Below, in pieces: positions 59,138 to 64,000 of a DNA stretch of 64,000 nucleotides. Made by a program: the position numbers and the translations under genes. The stretch lies in the sequence record SRR31156797_2835. One strand, given 5' to 3'. The stretch's first letter is position 1. Every line of letters starts with the position of its first letter. Under the pieces are notes generated by a model. It was not told where the DNA came from. It saw nothing but the letters and a program-made list of their open reading frames with translations, and searched no databases.

Positions 59138-59335
59138 TTAACCTGCGGAGGTAACTTTGCGAACCATGAGCGTATCACCGTTTTTCAACATACGGTCCGC
59201 AGTGAGTAGCTCACCGTCGCGCACGACGATAGCCATAGTGGAACGGAGCTTCAATTTATTCAGCACAGCAATGACCGAGCGAGTGTTGCTCATCTCGATC
59301 TGCTCTCCGTCCGGTTCAAGATTAACCGTAATCAT
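59138..59335 (-). CDS. ThiS/MoaD/TtuB-like ubiquitin-fold sulfur carrier
   Basis: 65 aa, VVRDGELL..D..LKNGDTL..RKVTSAG; AAGGAG SD; directly upstream of ttuA. Confidence 0.8.
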   Translation of the reverse strand: MITVNLEPDGEQIEMSNTRSVIAVLNKLKLRSTMAIVVRDGELLTADRMLKNGDTLMVRKVTSAG

Positions 59336-59570
59336 ATATGTCTCCTTTTCCGCCAGTCGCTTTGATGGCCAGCGGGTTGGGTGGACACTACAGAGGAAGC
59401 GGTTCCTGTTCAAGCCCCCTGTCTCGGAGGGGAATTACACAGAAAACATAGTCACTCCGGGGCACCACGACGTTATGTTAGAATCTGAATGAAAACATCA
59501 AACCGTTGTTGACCCAAAAGAGGGGAATCGCGTATGTTGCCAATAAGGGAATAATCCTAAGGAGGATTTC

Positions 59571-59942
59571 ATGAGTCAATCGAAGATTCTCGTTGTCGAT
59601 GATGAAAAACATATTCGCATGCTCTACAGGGAAGAACTGGAAGCTGACGGATACACTGTCGCCACCTCAGACGGAGAAGAAGACATTCTCGATGTTATGG
59701 AACGAGAAAAACCGACCATCGTCATTCTGGACATTAAACTTGGTGTCAGCCGCTCCGGCCTTGACCTCTTGCAGGAAATCAGAACCAAAGACCTGCAAAT
59801 TCCGGTCATTCTTTCTACGGCCTACGACTCCTTCCAGCACGACCTCAAATCCATTGCCGCAGATTACTATGTGGTCAAATCAGTGGACCTTTCAGAGCTG
59901 AAAGACAAGGTTCGTATGGCCCTCAACAAAGCTGGCATCTAA
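59571..59942 (+). CDS. Single-domain response regulator
   Basis: ILVVDD, ILDIKL, LSTAY, VVKS. Confidence 0.92.
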   Translation: MSQSKILVVDDEKHIRMLYREELEADGYTVATSDGEEDILDVMEREKPTIVILDIKLGVSRSGLDLLQEIRTKDLQIPVILSTAYDSFQHDLKSIAADYYVVKSVDLSELKDKVRMALNKAGI

Positions 59943-60090
59943 CTAAAAACACGATGCTTTTCATCTTTTTAGCAGACACCCTCTGACTCCACTCATGAGG
60001 GTGTCTGCGGCTGATATGCATATCAGCACTCCAGTTTATCCTGAGACATTCCTCTTGCCGGGCTGCCCTCCGGCATGGTAGCCGCATCGC

Positions 60091-60732
60091 ATGTTCGATA
60101 TTACAGCACAGGACCTCCAACTGTATCTCATCATGGCTCCGGGTCTGCTCATCGCATTAGTTTGTCACGAAGTAGCCCATGGTTACGTGGCCTATCTGCT
60201 CGGTGATCCCACAGCCAAGTCCCAAGGACGTTTGACACTCAATCCACTCAAACACCTGGACCCCATTGGCACGTTGGCCTTTTTCTTTGTCCAGTTCGGC
60301 TGGGCTAGACCTGTTCCGGTTAACGCACGATATTTTAGGAACCCTCGTCAGGGCATGATGCTAACGGCTATGGCAGGACCTGGAATCAACTTCCTGTTGG
60401 CCGCAATTTTTGCGCTTGCCTTCCACGCCATGATCGCTTTTGACATCAACGGACAAAGTGCATTTTATGCTGTGGCCTATTATGGCGTGTTCGTGAACCT
60501 TATTCTCGGCGTATTCAATCTTTTGCCTATTCCACCTCTGGACGGCAGCAACGTTGTCGCGTACTTTCTACCGCCGCAGGCAGCCTACAAGTTCATGTCC
60601 ATGAGCCGATACGGTTTTATTCTCCTTATCGGCATCATCCTGCTGGGACGCTTCACCGGCTTTTCACTGGTTGGCGAGATTATCCTGCCTATGGTTCGCG
60701 CCATGGCCAGTCTGCTCGGCATCCCCATGTAA
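60091..60732 (+). CDS. Site-2 protease (M50) family membrane metalloprotease
   Basis: HEVAH, AGPGIN, FNLLPIPPLDG. Confidence 0.92.
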   Translation: MFDITAQDLQLYLIMAPGLLIALVCHEVAHGYVAYLLGDPTAKSQGRLTLNPLKHLDPIGTLAFFFVQFGWARPVPVNARYFRNPRQGMMLTAMAGPGINFLLAAIFALAFHAMIAFDINGQSAFYAVAYYGVFVNLILGVFNLLPIPPLDGSNVVAYFLPPQAAYKFMSMSRYGFILLIGIILLGRFTGFSLVGEIILPMVRAMASLLGIPM

Positions 60733-60756
60733 CCCTTTAGACAACACTAATTCATC

Positions 60757-61746
60757 ATGAGCGAAAGACAACGCATCGTTTCCGGCATGAGGGCTACCGG
60801 CCCTCTTCACCTTGGTCACTATTTCGGCGTCATTGCCAACTGGGTCAAACTCCAAGAGAATTACGACTGTTTCTTTTTCGTGGCCGACTGGCACTCACTG
60901 ACCACTGAATATGCCAATCCCACCAGAACCAAAGGGTTCGTGCCCGGCTTGGTCAAGGATTGGATCGCCGCAGGACTGGACCCGGAAAAATGCAGCATCT
61001 TCCAGCAATCCATGGTCAAAGAACACGCGGAACTCAACCTGCTCCTGTCCATGATCACCCCGCTGGGTTGGCTGGAGCGGTGTCCCACATACAAAGAGCA
61101 AAAAACCGAACTGGCCCAGAAGGAACTCAATACTTATGGCTTCCTCGGTTATCCCGTACTCATGACTGCAGATATCCTGATGTACAAGCCGTGTGCCGTG
61201 CCTGTAGGCAAGGACCAGCTTCCGCATCTGGAACTGACCCGAGAGATCGCCCGCCGCTTCAATCACCTGAACAAGACGGAACTCTTCCCGGAACCGGCAG
61301 ATATGCTCACCGAAGAATGTAAACTGCCCGGCCTGGACGGACGAAAGATGTCCAAGAGCTACGGCAACTCAATCATGCTTTCAGAACCTATCGACGAAAT
61401 CATGCCCAAATTGCGCGGTATGAAGACCGACGAAAACCGTCTGCGCAAATCCGATCCGGGCGATCCCAATATTTGCAACCTGTACCCTTACCACAAACTC
61501 ATGACCGATCCGGCCAAACTCCCTGAGATTCAGGAAGGCTGCCGCAATGCGTCCTGGGGTTGTGTTGATTGCAAGAAAGCCCTCATGGAGTCCATGGAAA
61601 CCTTCCTGACGCCTTTGCACGAACGCCGCGCCGCCTGCACCGATGAAATGGTTCAGGAAATCCTGCATGCAGGAAATGAAAAGGCCCGTGCCTACGCCCA
61701 AAAGACCATGGACGAAATCCGTCAGGTCATGAACTTCGACTTCTAG
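60757..61746 (+). CDS. trpS: Tryptophan-tRNA ligase
   Basis: HLGH, YPVLMTADIL, VPVGKDQ, KMSKS. Confidence 0.97.
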   Translation: MSERQRIVSGMRATGPLHLGHYFGVIANWVKLQENYDCFFFVADWHSLTTEYANPTRTKGFVPGLVKDWIAAGLDPEKCSIFQQSMVKEHAELNLLLSMITPLGWLERCPTYKEQKTELAQKELNTYGFLGYPVLMTADILMYKPCAVPVGKDQLPHLELTREIARRFNHLNKTELFPEPADMLTEECKLPGLDGRKMSKSYGNSIMLSEPIDEIMPKLRGMKTDENRLRKSDPGDPNICNLYPYHKLMTDPAKLPEIQEGCRNASWGCVDCKKALMESMETFLTPLHERRAACTDEMVQEILHAGNEKARAYAQKTMDEIRQVMNFDF

Positions 61747-61814
61747 GCAAAAAAAATATATATAGTGGCATTTCCCGAGCTCTTTCCGGGACCACACAAC
61801 ATTCAGGAGATTCT

Positions 61815-62243
61815 ATGGCAGCCCAGAAAGGCAGCACTGTCAAAGTCCATTACACCGGTACCCTCAAGGCTGACGGCAGCCAGTTCGATTCCAGTGAGGG
61901 CCGCGAGCCTCTCGAGTTCAAGCTGGGTGAAGGCATGGTTATCGCTGGTTTTGAAAAAGCCGTCATCGGCAAGAACGTCGGCGACTCCATGACCGTGGAA
62001 ATTCCGCCTGATGAAGGTTACGGCACTCCCAATGAGGAACTGGTCTTCCAGGTCCGCAAGGAACAACTTCCCCCGAACGTCGAATTGGAAGAAGGCATCA
62101 TGCTGGAAATCCGCACCGAGGATGATCACCCCGCATACGTGCGCGTCACCGCGTTCGACGAAGAAATGGTTACGCTTGACGGCAATCACCCCTTGGCGGG
62201 AGAGACCCTGATTTTTGACATTGAACTCGTGGAAGTTGCGTAA
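61815..62243 (+). CDS. FKBP-type peptidyl-prolyl isomerase (SlyD/FkpB-like, no His tail)
   Basis: VHYTGTL, FDSS, IPPDEGYG, DGNHPLAGETLIF. Confidence 0.92.
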   Translation: MAAQKGSTVKVHYTGTLKADGSQFDSSEGREPLEFKLGEGMVIAGFEKAVIGKNVGDSMTVEIPPDEGYGTPNEELVFQVRKEQLPPNVELEEGIMLEIRTEDDHPAYVRVTAFDEEMVTLDGNHPLAGETLIFDIELVEVA

Positions 62244-62260
62244 ATAACTTTACATTGATT

Positions 62261-62312
62261 AAAACACCCCGCCTCTTGCTGAATTCGGCGAGGGCGGGGT
62301 TTTCTTTTTTTT
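62261..62312 (+). terminator. Intrinsic terminator
   Basis: ACCCCGCC...GGCGGGGT stem followed by a T-rich tract. Confidence 0.75.
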
Positions 62313-62330
62313 AACAGGCGGACACATTAC

Positions 62331-63506
62331 ATGAGTATTTCAAAACGCTGTAGCGACCTGACCCCGTTTCTAGTCATGGAAATCCTTGAGGCTGCTCAGG
62401 CCATGGAGCGTAACGGTGAATCCATCATCCACATGGAAGTCGGCGAGCCAGACTTCGATACACCGGACTGCGTCAAGCGCGCATCCTGCGAAGCTCTGGA
62501 AAAAGGGCACACCCACTACACCCATTCATTAGGGCTCATCGAACTGCGCGAAGCGATCTGCGATGACTATCTCGACCGATACGATGTTGCGATTTCCTCG
62601 GCGAACATCGCAATTACACAAGGCACCAGCCCTGCCATGCTCGCCCTGTTCTCAGCGATTCTCGAAGATGGCGATCAGGTCATCACCAGTGATCCGTGCT
62701 ACGCCTGCTACGACAATTTCATCAGCTTTGCCGGAGCTGAATCTGTCAAAATCCCTGTGTGCGAAGACGACGCCTTCCAATACCGCGTATCCGCCATTCG
62801 CGAAGCACTCAAGGCCAACAAAAAGATCAAGGCCATTCTTATTAATTCTCCGGCCAATCCAACTGGCACCCTGCTCTCCAAGGAACGTATGCAGGCGATT
62901 GCCGAACTGGCTGAAGAATATAATCTCTGGATCATATCCGACGAAATTTACCACGGTCTGGTTTACGAAGGGAACGAACATTCCATTCTTGAATTCACTG
63001 ACCGAGCCTTTGTCCTGAACGGATTCTCCAAGCTCTACGCCATGACTGGCTGGCGGCTTGGCTATCTCATTTCCCCGCCCGAATTCATGCGCACCTTACA
63101 GACCGCGTGCCAGAATTTCTTTATCTCCGCCAACAGCATGGCGCAATGGGGCGGCGTGGCCGCACTCACGGAAGGTGCACTTGATGTGGAACGCATGAAA
63201 ACGACCTACAACAAACGCCGCCTGTACATTCTCGAACGCCTGACCGGCATGGGCTTTGACATCAAGCACCCACCGACCGGTGCATTTTACGTACTCGTGA
63301 ACATGCGGCACCTGGCCGCAAAATTCGACGGCAGTTCACTCAAACTGGCCTACGATATCCTGGAAAAAGCAAAGATAGGCGTCACGCCCGGAATCGATTT
63401 CGGTGAAGGTGCAGAAGGGTTCATTCGCTTCTCCTACGCAACCTCCATGGACAATATCAAAGAAGGTATGGACCGACTCGAACAGTACCTCAAAAACAAC
63501 AACTAA
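62331..63506 (+). CDS. Class I/II PLP aminotransferase (aspartate aminotransferase-like)
   Basis: GEPDFDTP, NSPANPTG, SDEIY, FSKLYAMTGWRLGY, IRFSY. Confidence 0.93.
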   Translation: MSISKRCSDLTPFLVMEILEAAQAMERNGESIIHMEVGEPDFDTPDCVKRASCEALEKGHTHYTHSLGLIELREAICDDYLDRYDVAISSANIAITQGTSPAMLALFSAILEDGDQVITSDPCYACYDNFISFAGAESVKIPVCEDDAFQYRVSAIREALKANKKIKAILINSPANPTGTLLSKERMQAIAELAEEYNLWIISDEIYHGLVYEGNEHSILEFTDRAFVLNGFSKLYAMTGWRLGYLISPPEFMRTLQTACQNFFISANSMAQWGGVAALTEGALDVERMKTTYNKRRLYILERLTGMGFDIKHPPTGAFYVLVNMRHLAAKFDGSSLKLAYDILEKAKIGVTPGIDFGEGAEGFIRFSYATSMDNIKEGMDRLEQYLKNNN

Positions 63507-63516
63507 AATTCTCCCT

Positions 63517-63558
63517 CAAAAAAAAGACCGAGGCCTGAACATCTGGCCTCGGTCTTTC
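63517..63558. terminator. Bidirectional terminator
   Basis: A8-GACCGAGGCC...GGCCTCGGTC-TTT between convergent genes. Confidence 0.8.
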
Positions 63559-63589
63559 TCGATACTCATAAAAAAGGAAAACACACGTT

Positions 63590-64000
63590 CTAAACGTGGA
63601 TATCCAGCCCCTTGTATGCCACACCGCCCGCGCCAAACATCATTCCACCGCCCGTAAAAAGTGACGTCGTGTTCATATTGGATGCATACCACCACGCCAT
63701 AGCCTCAGTCTGAAGCGTCTGATCCATGTCCTGTGGCGACAATCTGCTTTCTGCAACGCCTGCCAGTTTCCCGAACTGAAGAATCTCACCCAGCTCAGTC
63801 ACCCGTGCAGGGTTCGTACTGAAATACGCATTGATCATTTCCCGATCCGGATGATCTCCGGCCACAGTCACGCCACCCGCCGGATCATATGACAAACGAA
63901 ACGGTGCCGACACGTTCACACCAAGATCAGCCAGATCGTCACTCACGTCTCGGTTCCATCCACTTTGCAATGCATCATGATAATCCGACACGGCCTTGAA
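63590..64000 (-). CDS. Hypothetical protein (5' end outside window)
   Basis: Frame is open to the window edge; natural composition; stop lies next to a terminator. Confidence 0.65.
   Translation of the reverse strand, partial: FKAVSDYHDALQSGWNRDVSDDLADLGVNVSAPFRLSYDPAGGVTVAGDHPDREMINAYFSTNPARVTELGEILQFGKLAGVAESRLSPQDMDQTLQTEAMAWWYASNMNTTSLFTGGGMMFGAGGVAYKGLDIHV

Overview
A 64 kb stretch of mostly core chromosome from a sulfate-reducing Desulfovibrionaceae bacterium, probably Pseudodesulfovibrio-like (inferred from gene content, protein style and roughly 50% GC). It holds purA-holB, a PurH split into two separate genes, rnb-plsY-CDF, hflX, a sigma54-driven flgBC-fliEFGHI operon, tRNA-Val(GAC)-thrS-infC-rpmI-rplT-pheST, a ferredoxin/YkgJ/TPR/HEAT cluster, moeA, RNA-chaperone genes, hypF, a large FAD/Fe-S oxidoreductase, ruvX-mltG, trpS and several aminotransferases. 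I saw no prophage, transposase, integrase or CRISPR array. The most interesting candidate system is a tight minus-strand operon (57188-59335) encoding a ubiquitin-like sulfur carrier, a TtuA-type tRNA thiolase and a GT2 glycosyltransferase. The glycosyltransferase resembles, over its whole length, the eukaryotic queuosine-tRNA galactosyltransferase QTGAL/B3GNTL1 (compared from memory, not by database search), which suggests bacterial tRNA glycosylation. Other notable items are an apparently exported Ppx/GppA-fold protein lacking the catalytic Glu, several apparently leaderless genes, a probable non-AUG start for hflX, a candidate L20 leader RNA and a tandem MITE/REP-like repeat. All product calls come from motif recognition by eye.
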